This document shows positions 1 through 16,713 of a DNA stretch of 64,000 nucleotides, in pieces. Position 1 is the first letter of the stretch. Every line of letters starts with the position of its first letter. Made by a program: the position numbers and the translations under genes. The notes under the pieces were generated by a model. The model made no database searches. It saw only the letters and a program-made list of their open reading frames with translations, and was not told the origin of the DNA. This DNA comes from the human T2T-CHM13v2.0 reference genome, Homo sapiens: the NCBI RefSeq assembly GCF_009914755.1, contig NC_060935.1; one strand, 5' to 3'.

Positions 1-1418
1 TATAAATATACATATACACACGTACACACACACATATCCCCAAATACACCAACCACCCTCATGTTTCTTCCCAGAATTCCAACCACCAGAGGCACAGCTT
101 TTTTGGAAATATCATTTTACCACAGTAGCACTGGATGTCTGTCCACTCTGAAATGATAAAAATTCATAATATTGACTATATGCAAAGGAGGCAGCACTGA
201 CGTCAATTTTTTCTCCAGAACAGAGAAAGAGGAGGGGACTATGTTAGGGCAATGAATTTGCGAATAATAGCATGAAACAGTCTCTTGGTTATTCTCCATC
301 AAATATGACCACATCATCAGCACACAATGTCCATCCTCCCTTATCTCTTCCATCTACGCCTAGAAACTGCTCTCTTCCCTGTCTAGCACCTGCCACCACT
401 AGACTACTGCAGATCTAGTTGTTCTAGCTCTTCTCATCTTTACACGCTTGAAGCATTCCTCTTAGATGAGAAGCTCAACACACTTCCCTTTATTCTTTGG
501 GAAACGTTTTTAGCTTAAGTCAAATTCTCACCCCTAGGAATGAAAAAAAATTGACTCCTAAACCTCTGACTTTGTAACCCTTGGACACCACTGATTTCCT
601 ATCATTTCACCCCACTGATGTACTTGAACTCTGTTCCCTGAGAAGGGAGAGGGCAGACCCTTGACCCTAGAACCAGACAAAATGTACTCGTGTCCACTTT
701 CTCCCTTACTCTCTGTATGACCATGGGATGGTCTTAACCTCTCAGAAGCACAGTTTCTTCCTTCCAAAATGAAATAATTAATCTCTCCCTCTCTACCTTC
801 TTGAGCTCATAGGACATGAAGAAATAATGGATTTTAAAACAAACAAACAAAAAAACTTTGGTGCCTTAACAAAACGATTTAATGTGTGGAAACATCATTG
901 CTATGGATGTGGGTTACCAGAAAGATGGTTAGACAGTGAGGTTGCAGGACCTGGCTCCTGGGTGTTTGAGACGTATCAGGAGAGGAATCCTGTCTGGAGA
1001 GGCCTAAGACCTTCAAAGCCTATTTCCACTAGAGAAGTGCTCAGATAATATCTGAGGTTCCATGTTTTTTGGGGAAAATTACCAATACTTGGCAAAGGGG
1101 ATTTTATGAATACCAAACTAATAGTGGTCTGAATTTTGTGTGTTTAGAAAAGCTCTATATTGTCAAGTAGGTGTACAGTTTTAGACACTAAGATGTCACC
1201 TTTTCATACTCTTCTAAAGTATCTGACTGAGATGAATCAATTGTTTACACCAAGGAAAAAAACTATTCCAGAAATGCATATCTCTTTTTTTAAATCTAAA
1301 TAGAATCACAAGGAAGGATCTGTTCTCTTCTATACCCACAGGAAAAATATAAATATATAGGAGTTGTCTGAATGAAAAATTTGGGGTGCTTGGCAGACAA
1401 GATATAATTCTCTTATAG

Positions 1419-1718
<300 letters not shown>

Positions 1719-2123
1719 TGAGACACCTATTAAATACAAAACCAGAGCTAGATGGAGGTAATGCAATGGTGATGTCACGGGGGTCTGATACTGCAACACC
1801 TTATCCCTAATACCACTATTGATCCACACACTCTGTGACTCTCCACCACCCAAATTTTATACCATAGAATGCGATTTATTCTCGGTAGTTTTAGAACGCT
1901 CAAACCCTAAATTGTGACCAGAAATTTACAATAATATTATATCTAAATTTCCTGTCCTGGGAGATGTTTTATTCTGATTGAACTCCGGGCAATTCTAATG
2001 GCTACACATCTTTTCTCACAACACAAAAGGACAATCTCTGTTCTCCCACATATATCACTTTATGATGCCATCCACATTCTAGGAAGAAGAAAGAAAACAT
2101 AAATTAAGAAATAACAGCTTCGG

Positions 2124-2416
2124 GGCCGGGCGCGGTGGCTTACACCTGTAATCCCAGCACTTTGGGAGGCCGAGGCAGGTGGATCACGAGGTCAGGAGAT
2201 CGAGACCATCCTGGCTAACACGGAGAAACCCCATCTCTACTAAAAATACAAAAAATTAGCCGGGCGTGGTGGCGGGTGCCTGTAATCCCAGCTACTCAGT
2301 TGGCTGAGGCGGGAGAATGGCATGAACCTGGGAGCCGAGATCGCGCCACTGCACTCCAGCCTGGGCGACAGAGGGAGACTCCATCTCAAAAAATAAATAA
2401 ATAAATAAAATAAAAT
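2124..2416 (+). mobile_element. AluY-like with small internal deletion
   Basis: GGCCGGGCGCGG start, AAAT tail, TSD aaataacagcttc (2109-2121 / 2417-2429). Confidence 0.9.
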
Positions 2417-3149
2417 AAATAACAGCTTCTCCTCACACACGAGGCTTCATCACATTTCCCCCAGTCCCTGAGGTGCTGAGAATGGAGATAGGGCCAGTGT
2501 GAAAGACAAAAAAAATAAGCATAAGACCCAGAGCAATCATTCCAGTAGAGTCATGTGAGGCTGTCAAGTTCTCTAAAAAGTAGAAACAGTTTTCACCCTT
2601 GTGGAAGAGGCTTTTGGTATCTGCAGATGGGACGTGTTTATAAGGAAAAGAAGAGACCTACAATTATTTTTCTCCAAACATGTATGACTCCCCATGAAAT
2701 GTTTTAAAACGTTAAATAATTAGTGTTTCTTTGATTTATTCAACCAATTTGCAAAATTATTTGTCAGATATTATGCCAGGATTCAAAGAATCAAAAATAA
2801 ATAAAAAGTTGTCCTCAAGAAGTTTACATGGCTTTGCTGAGAGTATAAGCAAACAAGTGTACTAAACCAGTATAGGTGTTTGCTTCTCAAGCCCCTCTCT
2901 TCATTTTAGATATAAACTGTAACTGACCTCATTCATTTCCTTAAGATCAACATATACATATCTGTACTTGATTTCCAACTCTCTATTTTTACTCAGTTTT
3001 CACTTAAATGCAGTTTAATATATTCAGTAGTGAAGGAGCCATGAGGACCAGCAATTCAGGATGTCTATTATGTAACACCAACCACACTGTTTTCTTATAC
3101 CAGATTATCTATAAAATGTTACCAATATCTATTCATAGTACCCCTTCTT

Positions 3150-5127
3150 CCACTAACCATTCCATATTCTCTTTCCTCTCAGCAAGCACCTCGAGTGATA
3201 GCGATTTCTACCTGATGGAGTGACCCAAACTTTCATTTCTGAAGGGGCTTGGCCATTCCTCATCTTGCCTGAGCTGAGTTGTTGTCTTTTTTTATTGACT
3301 TTAATCACAGGGCACAATAATACTAAGAGATACCCTAAGGGATCTCCAGACATACATTTTCTTAACCTACATTGTGGAGTAGTTGTTCTAAGTGTCCTTG
3401 ATAGTCAGGATTAATCATCCTAGCAAGCACAGTAATTCCTGTCTTTGCCTGTTGGTTCAGAGGCATGAGCACCCAAAGTGGCTGGGTGGCTGTCTTAACT
3501 TCTAGTTCAATGAAATCATTGTCATGTCTACTGGTGAAAGCATTCTTCCTTTTGGAACTAAGATCGCTAAGGCAGCAGAGCGTAATGTTGCAGAAGTAGA
3601 AGGCAAAATTTGCTAGTGGAGCACTAGGAATAGTAGTGAGTGGTATCTCTCCCCTATCCACCCCTTGATTTATAGTCCCATGAATCCTAGTCATGGGAAA
3701 AATAACACCATATGTTGGACACTGATTTAGAGGATATATGCCCTCCTAAAGAACTTTGCCCCAATCCGGGAAGATACTGCCACTTAACTGGTGCTTTTAG
3801 TTTGTCTTGTAAGGGCCACTTTTCTATCAAGACAGCTGCTCAGGATGATGGGGAACATAGCAAGTTCAGTAAATTCCATAAACATGGGCCCTTTGCTACA
3901 CTTTATTTCCTATGAAGTGAGTTCCTTGATTGGAATCAATGCTGTGTGGAATACCATGGTGGTAAATGAGGCATTCTGTAAGTCTGAGGATGGTAGTTCT
4001 TGGAGAAACGTTGTGTGTATGTAAAGCAAATCTGTATCCAGAGTAAATGTCTATTCCAGTGAGGAGAAAATGCTGACTTTTCCATGATGAATGCAGTATG
4101 TAGTCAATGTGCAACTAAGGTAGCTTTCCAATTCCTTCACCATCTATTCAAACCATTGGCCATTGCCCGTGATTCAGTATATAACATACGTCTGGCTATT
4201 TCTCTTTCTAAGCAATATGAACAATTGGTTGCACTACTTTTTAAAGTTCTGCCTATTGGGAGGGCTTTCCTTCACGGGGTACTTCAGGGATATCCCAGAA
4301 AAAAGCTTTAGTGCTATAGATGTCTCCTCCAGGTGATACCTTCATATCGTACAGAACCATCTGTAAACTGGATCTGAGTTTTTTCTTTCTTCATCAACTG
4401 ATTGTAGATAATTTTCCATGAGGACATACCTGCAGGCTGGGTGAGAGTAGATAGTGCAGCAGAAGTGAAGACCATGCACATGTGAGCCACTTCTTTGTGT
4501 GACTTGTATTTTGTTTTAGGGCCTGCTTATGGCCACTCATGTAGATAACACTTCCGTTTTTTGTTGGAGCGCTACTGTGCACATCCAAATTTGTTGTTTG
4601 ATGGATCAGCTAATACCTAGTTCATGATGGCCAGGTAGGGTCACATAGTAACTTCGTGGTCCATAGTTCAGTGTTCAGTCTCCACCAAGGCTCAATAGAA
4701 AGCCAAAAGCTGTTTCTTGAAAAAGATAGTAGGTATCTACAGAAGATAGCACCTACAGGGTCCTGCCAAATACTCCAAAATCTTCCTTATCTGCCACAGA
4801 CATTTCAAGCACCATTGTATTGGCTTGATCATATGGTCCCAGTGGCAGGGCAGATTTAGCAACGCCTGTATCAACTGCAGAGCATTATCTTATTCCAGCT
4901 TCCACTCAAATCTTACTCTTTTCAAGTAACTTAGTAAATGGACTGGAGTGACACCTCAAAATGAGGAACATGTTGCCTCCAAAATCCAAAGAGGGTCACT
5001 AGGTCTTGTGCCTCTCTTTTGGTTGTAGGCATGGCCAGATGCAACAATTTCCTTTTCACTTTAAAAGGGATATTTCCATACACCTCACACCACCAGATCC
5101 CTGGAAATTTCACTGAGAAGATCCCTG
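3150..5127 (-). mobile_element. ERV-L (HERV-L-type) internal pol/dUTPase remnant
   Basis: Broken ORFs: RT-like 4931-5113 (LLHLAMPTTKREAQ..FGFWRQH), integrase-like 3896-4114 (TGIDIYSGY..HHGIPHSIDSNQGTHF), dUTPase-like downstream of IN 3362-3694 (QQAKTGITVLA..INPDYQG), the ERV-L gene order. Confidence 0.8.
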
Positions 5128-7159
5128 CAGTTTTTTAATTAATTTAGGTTCAGGGGTACATGTGCAGATTTCTTATATAAGTAAACTGTGTGCTTTGGGA
5201 TTTGGTGTACAGATTGTTTCATCACCTGGGTAATAAGCATAGTACCCAGTAGGTAGTTTTTCAATTCTTACCCTCCTCTAAACCTCCACCCTCAAGTAGG
5301 CTCCGATGTCTGTTGTTCCCTTCTTTGTATCTATATCTACTCAATGTTTTGCTTCCACTTATAAGTAAGAACATCTAGCATTCCATGGTGTATAGGTACC
5401 AGATTTCCTTTATCTAGTCTATCATTGATGGCCATTTAGGTTGTTTCCATGTATTTGTTATTGTGAATGGTGCTGTGATGAATGTACATGTGCATGTGTC
5501 TTTATGGTAGAATGATTTATATTCCTTTGTGTATATACCCAGTAATGGGATTGCTGGGTCTAATGGTAATTCTGCTTTGAGTACTTTGAGAAATTGCCAA
5601 ACTGCTTTCCACAGTGGCTAAACTAATTTACATGCCCACCAGTAGTGTGTAAGCATTCTCTTTTCTCTGCAACCTCACCAGCATCTATTATTTTTTTTAC
5701 TTTTTAATAATAGCCATTTAGACTGGTGGGAGATGGTATCTCATTGTGGTTTTGATATTCATTTCTCTAATGACTAGTGATGTTGAGCATTTTTTCACAT
5801 GCTTGTTGGCCACGTGTATGTCTTCTTTTGAGAAGTGTCTGTTCATGTTCTGTGCCCATATTTTAATGGGGTTGTTTGTTTTCTGCTTGTAAATTTATTG
5901 AAGTTACTTATAGAACCTATATATTAACCGTTTGTCAGGTGGATCATTTACAAATATTTTCTCCCATTTTGTAGGTTGTGTATTTTCTCCGTTTTTTGTT
6001 TTTGTTTTTGTTTTTGGTTTTTTTTGCTGTGCAGAGGCTCTTTAGTTTAATTAGATCCCATTCGTCAACATTTGTTTTTGTTGCAATTACTTTTGGAGTC
6101 TTTGTCATGACATCTTTGCCAGGGCCTGTGTCCAGAATGGTATTACCTAGGTAATCTTCTAGGGTTTTTATAAGTTTTAGGTTTTATATTTAATTCTTTA
6201 ATCCATCTTGAGTTGACTTTTGTATATGATATAAGGAAGGGGTCCAGTTTCAATCTTCTGCATATGGCAAGCGAGGTATCTCAGCCCATTCATTGAATAA
6301 GGGGTCCTTTTTCCATTTCTTGCTTTTGTCAACTTGGTTTAAGATCAGATGGTTGCAGGCTTGTAGCATTATTTCCGGGCTCTGTGTTCTATTCCATCAG
6401 TCTATATGTCTGCTTTTAAACCAGTACCATACTGTTTTGGTTACTGTAGCTTTGTAGTATGGTTTGAAGTCAGGTAATTGATGCCTCCAGCTTTGTTCTT
6501 TTTGCATTCTAATTCCTTGGCTATTTGGGTTCCTTTTTTTATTTCATATGAATTTTAGAATAGTTTTTTTCTAGTCCTGTGAAGAATGTCCTTGGTAGTT
6601 TGATAGGAATAGCACTGAATTTGTAAAGTGCTTTGGGTAGTATGGCCATTTTACCAATATTGATTCTTCCAATCCATGAGCATAGAATGTTTTTCCATTT
6701 GTTTGTGTTAATCTCTGATTTCTTTTTCTTTTTCTTTTTCTTTTTTTTTTTGAGGCAGAGTCTCGCTCTGTTGCCTAGGCTGGAGTGCAGTGGCGTGATC
6801 TCAGCTCACTGCAAGCTCCAGCCTCCTGGGTTCATGCCATTCTCCTGCCTCAGCCTCTCAAGTAGCTGGGACTACAGGTGCCCACCAGCATACCCGGCTA
6901 ATTTTTTGTATTTTTGGTAGAGACGAGATTTCACCATATTAGCCAGGATGGTCTCGATCTCCTGACCTTGTGATCTGCCCGCCTCGGCCTCCCAAAGTGC
7001 TGGGATTACAGGCATGAGCCACTGTACCCGGCCATCTCTGATTTCCTTGAGCAGTGTTTTCAAATTCTCATTGTAGATATCCTTCATCTCCCTGCGTAAC
7101 TGTATTCCTAGGTATTTTCTTCTTTTTGTGGCTGTTGTGAATGGGATTGCATTCCTGAT

Positions 7160-7160
<1 letters not shown>
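5128..7160 (-). mobile_element. L1 (older L1PA/L1PB) 3' portion, interrupted by an Alu at 6723-7033
   Basis: Reverse L1 3'UTR and ORF2 C-terminal sequence; Alu TSD atctctgatttc/t. Confidence 0.85.
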
Positions 7161-8520
<1,360 letters not shown>

Positions 8521-8789
8521 GTACCAATCACTTTTGACTATTTCTAGTTTCAAACACTATGCGGCACAGGAAAAATGTGCTTAGAGTGTTGTGTTGTGGA
8601 TAGATTAACCACATGCATTGAGGTAAGTATCCAGATAAACTACAGGAATAAAATGGAGATGTGAAAAATTGTAGGTTAAAATTTGTCAAAAAGGATTACC
8701 TAAATGTTAATAACACCACAAAAATAGCAGAATTTCATTATGTACCACAGCATTTATGTTGACTGCAATATAAGAAATGGCATTTTTCT

Positions 8790-9213
<424 letters not shown>

Positions 9214-9704
9214 TTATCTACAATTTAAATAATTATCATTTAATTTGAGAAACATGATGAATTTATTGTTTGTTAGAGCAAACTTCACTCAACCAAGAAA
9301 CTGAAATTGTTATGTGGATCATTATACCAATATGATTTTGAGTTCCTCCAAATAGAAATAAGTAGGTAAAAAGGATTTTATAAGCCAGGATTAGTTTATT
9401 AGTCTATGGGTAACAAAAGATGCCAAAATATGTATTATTTCAGTAAGAAACATTCATTTCTTGGTCATCCTACATGAATAGCATTGGTTAAGGTGTGAAG
9501 ATTGCCATGCTCCTCAGCGTCAGTAAGGAACCAATGTTATGGAGGCTTCATCGGTTTTTAGTGACGTCATCTGGCATATGCAGTCAAAAAAAGAATAAGA
9601 TAGATAACCGGGCACAAAAGTATGTGCAGGACATATAAAATCATTCAGTGCTACATTTTAATTAATTGTGTAAAAATGAGCAAACTTCCATTGGTCTATA
9701 AATC

Positions 9705-11340
9705 TACAGAGCAGAGGCCTCAGAAATAATGCCACACATCTACAACCATCTGATCTTTGACAAACCTGACAAAAGCAATGGGGAAAGGATTCTCTATTTA
9801 ATAAATGGTGTTGGGAAAACTGGCTAGCCATATGCAGAAAACTGAAACTGGACCCCTTCCTTACACCTTATAGAAAAATTAACTCAAGATGGATTAAAGA
9901 CTTAAACATAAGACCTAAAACCATACAAATCCTAGAAGAAAACCTAGGCAATACCATTCAGGACATAGGCATGGGCAAAGACTTCATGACTAAAACACCA
10001 AAAGCCATGGCAACAAAAGCCAAAACTGACAAATGGGATCTAATTAAACAAAAGCGTTTCTGCACAGCAAAAGAAACTATCATCAGAGTGAACAGGCAAC
10101 CTACAGAATGAGAGAACATTTTTGCAATCTATCTACCTGACAAAGGGCTAAAATCCAGAATCTACAAAAAACTTAAACAAATTTACAAGAAAAAAACAAC
10201 CCCATCAAAAAGTGAGCGAAGGATATGAACAGACACTTTTTTTTTTTTTTTTTGAGAAAGAGTTTTGCTCTGTTGCCCACACCAGAGTGCAGTGGTGTGA
10301 TCTTGGCTTACTGCAACCTCTGCCTCCCAGGTTCAAGCAATTCTTCCTGCCTCAGCCTCCCAAGTAGCTGGGATTACAGGCATGCACCACCATGCCCGGC
10401 TAGTTTTGTATTTTTAGTAGAGATGGAGTTTCTCCATGTTGGTCAGGCTGGTCTCGAACTCCCAACCTTAGGTGATCCGCCCACCTCGGCCTCCCAAAGT
10501 ACTGGGATTATAGGCGTGAGCCACTACGACAGGCCATGAACAGACACTTCTTAAAAGAAGACATTTATGCGGCCAACAAACATTTGAAAAAAAACCCATC
10601 ATCACTGGTTACTAGAGAAATGCAAATCAAAACCACAATGAGATACCATCTCACTCCAGTTAGAATGGCGATCATTAAAAAGTCAGGAAACAACAGATGC
10701 TGGAGATGATGTGGAGAAATAGGAACACTTTTACACTGTAGGTGGGAGTATAAATTGGTTCGACCATTGTGGAAGATAGTGTGGCGATTCCTCAAGTATC
10801 TAGAACCAGAAATACCATTTGACACAGTAATCCCATTACTGGGTATATACTCAAAGGATTGTAAATCATTCTACTACAAAGACACATGCACACATATGTT
10901 TATTGCAGCACTATTCACAATAGCAAAGATTTGGAACCAACCCAAATGCCTATCAATGATAGACTGGATAAAGAAAATGTGGCACATATACATCATGGAA
11001 TACTATGCAGCTACAAAAAAGGATGAGTTCATGTCCTTTGCAGGGACATGGATGAAGCTGGAAACCATCATTCTCAGCAAACTAACACAGGAACAGAAAA
11101 CCAAACACTGCATGTTCTCACTTATAAGTGGGAGTTGAACAATGTGAACACATGGACACAGGGAGGGGAACATCACACACCAGGGCCTTCGATGGGTGGG
11201 GGACTAGGGAAGGGATCGCATTAGGATAAATACCTAATTTAGATGACAGGTTAATGGGTGCAGCAAACCACCATGGTACGTGTATACCTGTGTAACAAAC
11301 CTGCACGTTCTGCACATGTATCCCAGAACTTAAAGTGTAT
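9705..11340 (+). mobile_element. 5'-truncated L1PA with a reverse Alu at 10239-10535
   Basis: ORF2 C-terminal ORF 10755-11138 and 3'UTR; Alu TSD atgaacagacactt (10225-10238 / 10536-10549). Confidence 0.9.
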
Positions 11341-11620
11341 ATATATATAAAATATTTATATATAATGCATTTATATATATATTTATATATTATATATAAT
11401 GCATTATATATATTATTTATATATTATATATAATGCATTTATATATATTATTTATATATTATATATAATGCATTATATATAATATATATTTATATATTAT
11501 ATATAATGCATTATATATATTATTTATATATTATATATAATATATATTTATAATATAATATATATATATATTTATAATATAATATATATAAATATATATA
11601 TATATTATATTGTATTATAT
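11337..11620. repeat. AT-rich (TA)n-like microsatellite at the L1 tail, followed by a half Alu (11623-11797, minus)
   Basis: Repeated atatataatgcatt/tatatattat units. Confidence 0.9.
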
Positions 11621-11857
11621 TCTGGAATAGCTGGGACTACAGGCCTGCACCACCATGCCCGGCAAATTTTTGTATTTTTAGTAGAGACAGAGTTTCACCA
11701 TGTTGGCCAGGCTGGTCTCTAACTCCTGACCTCAAGTGATCTGAGAGCCTCGGCCTCCCAAAGTGCTGGGATTACAGGCCTGAGCCACCATGTCTGGCAA
11801 AATCCTTTTATTTAGAAAAATAAGTTTATTTTTCCCATTCAGAATGACAGCTGCTAA

Positions 11858-13236
11858 TTATATGAGAGGGGTGCAGGGAAGTGCTGAAAAGAGAAAGGCA
11901 CGGTCCCTGACAAAGCCTCCACTCCTGGGGCCTGGGCCCACAGACTTAGGTGAGGACAGGAATTTCCGTTTTTGTGCCCAAATGTTGCATTTTCCAAGAT
12001 CACCCTGGCCTGCTATGCCCCCATCCTGTGCCTATAGCAGGAAGAGACACAAGCAACTGAATGTTAAGAGTAGCAAATTGGTAGAAGAACACACCAACAG
12101 GCACCAGCACATGCTGGAAGGCCAGCGACCAATGGACCGATGCAGAGATTGGTCGGGGATGTCAGAGGACAGCCTGGCTGCTGGGTGGCCCAACTCCAGG
12201 GAAATCCACCTTCCTACTCCATCTTCCTTCTGGCCTCTTCATCCACCTCGCTGAGAGCTACTACCACTCGATAAAAAACCTTGCACTCGTTCTCCAAGCC
12301 CACGTGTGATCCAATTTTTCTGATACGTTAAGGCAAGAACCTGGGATACAGAAAGCCCTCTGTCCTTGCAATAAGGCAGAGGGTCAGAGCAGATAAACAC
12401 AAGCCACCTGCAGGCAGCAAAGAGGAAACTCCTCCAATACTGTTATATTTTTCTAAGTGTCTATTACCCTGAATATTCTGACTGCTTTTGTCACTTTCTA
12501 GTGCCTTCAGGTTTACTTGATTTTCACATTTTGTGCAAGGTTTCTAATGTTGATCTATGGGTGAGGACATGAAGTTTTGTTAGAAAGAGTACAGTGTGTG
12601 CATGTGTCTTTATAGCAGCATGATTTATAATCCTTTGGGCACATACCCAGTAATGGGATCGCTGGGTCAAATGTGGCACTATACACCATGGAATACTATG
12701 CAGCTACAAAAAAGGATGAGTTCATGTCCTTTGCAGGGACATGGATGAAGCTGGAAACCATCATTCTCAGCAAACTATCACAAGGACAGAAAACCAAACA
12801 CCGCACGTTCTCACTTGTAGGTGGGAATTGAACAATGAGAACACTTGGACACAGGGCGGGGAACATCACACACTGAGGCCTGTGGTAGGGTGGGCGCCTG
12901 GGGGAGGGATAGTATTAGGAGAAATACCTAATGTAAATGACGAGTTAATGGGTGCACCAAACCAACACGGCACATGTATACATATGTAACAAACCTGCAC
13001 ATTGTGCACATGTACCCTAGAACTTAAAGTATAAAAAAAAAGAGTACAGTGTAACACATGTCCGCGGGGCCCACAGGAGCTGTAAACACTCACCCCTAGA
13101 GGTTGCTGTGGGGTTAGAGCCCCACAGCCTGCCCGTCTGCATTCTCCCCTAGAGCTTTGAGCAGCAGGGCACTGAAGCGAGCCATTCCCCCTGTCGCATG
13201 CCCTGCAAAGGGAACAAGGGAACTTTTCTCATTTCA
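11858..13236 (+). mobile_element. Solo ERV1 LTR (LTR1/LTR27/LTR28/MER52 group) with nested insertions
   Basis: Ends ...gggaacttttctcatttCA; 4-bp TSD CTAA (11854-11857 / 13237-13240); the empty site is visible in the TRIM22 promoter at ~43218. Confidence 0.75.
12598..13038 (+). mobile_element. Short L1PA with 5' inversion
   Basis: 12598-12673 antisense L1, then sense 3' end with poly-A; TSD aaagagtacagtgt (12584-12597 / 13039-13052). Confidence 0.9.
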
Positions 13237-13719
13237 CTAATAACTCATTTTGTCAGCCCAAATTTGCAGAGCTTTATAACTCAGTGTCTTCCCCATCAGA
13301 TTGCATTTCAAGATGCTAGGTGTCAAGTTGTTCTGGGTCATTATTCTACATGCTTAGAGCTTAGGTATAAGATAACTTCAACTAATAATTATAGAATTGC
13401 ATGGAAATTCTAAGTACTCAGGTAAAGCACTGTATATTCAAAGCTGTAGAATGTATAACTGTAATTCATATTCTTTTAATTCAAATATTCTTGCTGTAGT
13501 AAACTGCACTAAGAATAAAACTGTAGTGACTGAGTGCCTAGATGGTACAGACCATAGAACATACTGAAACATTACCATCCCCAGGTTTTATTGTTTTGTA
13601 AGCTCCTGTTCTGGATTCTGTATAATTCTCTGAAGCCTTTTTTTTTTTTCAGGTAGTTAATTTGATTGAAATTAAATTCTTAATTTTTCCCTGCTACATA
13701 CAGCAGCTGAAATCTTTAG

Positions 13720-14157
<438 letters not shown>

Positions 14158-14644
14158 TCATTCTTGTTTTTCAAAGCAACAAGTACATATATTGTTAACT
14201 GAGTTTTTAGTGTTCTACCCAGTAACAACTGAGGTCTGCCTTCAAGTGAAAAGCCACAGAAACAGGAAACTCCCCCAATACTGTTGTCTTTTTCTAAGTG
14301 TCTATTACCCTGAATATTCTGATTGCTTGTCACTTTCTAGTGCCTTCAGGTTTGATTTTTACATTTTGTCCAAGGTTTCTAATGTTGGATCTGTGGGTGA
14401 GGGCATGCAGTTTTATTAGAATATATACCTTCATTAATGGAAATAGAACCTCAGTTTTGCTCACTCTAGACAATCTTTAACTATATGTTAAATTGATTGA
14501 TTTTACGCTTTCTTTCTCTACCAAACTGCCGGATTTTTTTTTCAGTGTGGTTGTAATGTTTTGCACTGCCACATAATTCAGAAAGAAAATAATGGTGGTG
14601 TTGGAGTATGGTGGTTAATACAAAGATATTATTAAGTTTAGATA

Positions 14645-15146
<502 letters not shown>

Positions 15147-16713
15147 TTATTCCATCCCATCCCTCCAACACATCATATAAACGTTCTTTTACTTTTCTCT
15201 CCCTTTGAATCTTAGAATTGGCTCTTCATCAGGGCACCTTCTCTTTAGCCCCTACGAACTCTCATTCTGCTTCTTCGTATTCTTTGTCCTCCCACTGGTT
15301 TCTGCTTGAGGCCTGCTCCCATTCTTTACTCAGTGTCCTGCAGAACAGTCTTCAAGCAATCCCTGTTTTTTTTCACAACCTCTTTTCTCTGTGCTTCTCC
15401 CCAGATTGTACCAAAATTCTAGCCAGATATGCCTAATTAATGGCCCAGCATAGATCTGAAGTCTCAGAATAGAAGACGACATAATTGTTACTCAGAGGTT
15501 CAGAAGTGATGGGGAGGGAACATCCTAGAACTGATACACAGGCAGAGAGAAAATCCACAGTTGACGTCCATTAGCCTTTTCGAGCACAGGTTGCCTTCTT
15601 CAGCCTTTTACTGAGAAGACGGAGTGTAACTCAGAGCAATTCATAAGCTTCATATTCTTTTCAGCTGAGAGGTTCATTACTAGGGCCAGGAGCATCTGTT
15701 TGAAAAAATCCTTCAGTGTGCAGATCTTTTCTGTTGTATATACAAATTCAGGTCTTTATTGTTGTGTAACTGGGTACTTCATCCTGAGCTGTGGGACTTG
15801 GCTTTCCAGGAAATGAAAAGGCATTAATGTCCCTGGAGAGTCACTTGCCAATAATTCAAGCTAGTCCAGACTGTTCCCAGTGAGTGAAAGCCTCAATCTT
15901 CATAGCATTGGGTGACAGGAAAGCAGAGGTAAAAGGGAAAATTTATAGCATCAACCTCCTCGGTTTCCCTGGATGGTGCTGAGGTAGAGAGGTGTGTGCA
16001 CACACATAGTTACTGAAAATATTCACCTTGGAATCCCTTCTCTGACTAAAGTTACCACAAAGATAGAGACCTTAAAATTTCTGTGGGGAAGCAGGGTGAA
16101 GAGCAGAGACTATTTGATGAGGTAGACCATTAAAACAAAACAAAAAACTTCAGCTCAAAACTTGGGAAAGAGTTGGAAATAAAAATGCCAATAGACATAG
16201 GAATCCTACCATGCCCTTCATAAACATCCGTTGCAAAAATAATTCTCCTCACTGAACAAGGAGAACAAGTATTTTTTTGTCATTTATGAAAATTACCATG
16301 CCTTTGTTACTTTAATGAAAAGAGTCAGGCTAACCTGGGCTCACAATTCACTTATCGATACCATTGTTGAGAAATGCCACATGTACTTCTGACTTTATCT
16401 GCATCACTGTGCAAAATACGTTTTTACTACTTGGCAAACAGGAAAAATTTACAATGAAATTAGAGTACTCAGAAATACTTAAAACAACTTAAGACTAGGC
16501 AGCTATGAAATTAAGAACAAAGATTTTTTTTCCCATTTATAAACACTTATTTTAAAACTTTCTACAAGAAAAATCTGTGATTTTTAACTTAGTTCTTATA
16601 TTTCTTCAAACGAAGGGAGAAAGATAATTTTGAAAAGAACTATTACATATTGTTAAAAATTATTGCTTTCAGTCACAGTGAGAGGGAACCAAAAATTAAT
16701 AGACACCATAATG

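Larger units (their letters stand above)
9345..13611 (+). pseudogene. Orphan paralogous copy of the TRIM22 upstream/promoter region, split by insertions
   Basis: 9360-9687 ~ 42195-42892 (minus an Alu); 11800-11857 ~ 43168-43221; 13237-13611 ~ 43218-43568; same orientation. Confidence 0.85.

Noticed and set aside
3150-5127. Functional or domesticated ERV-L pol/dUTPase
   Set aside because: Broken into short ORFs in several frames, with no LTRs.
11790-12254. 154-aa ORF
   Set aside because: Runs from an Alu end through an LTR with no recognisable domain.
12423-12585. 5' transduction by the adjacent L1
   Set aside because: Lies outside the L1 TSD, the L1 is 5'-truncated, and a local template exists at 14264-14421.
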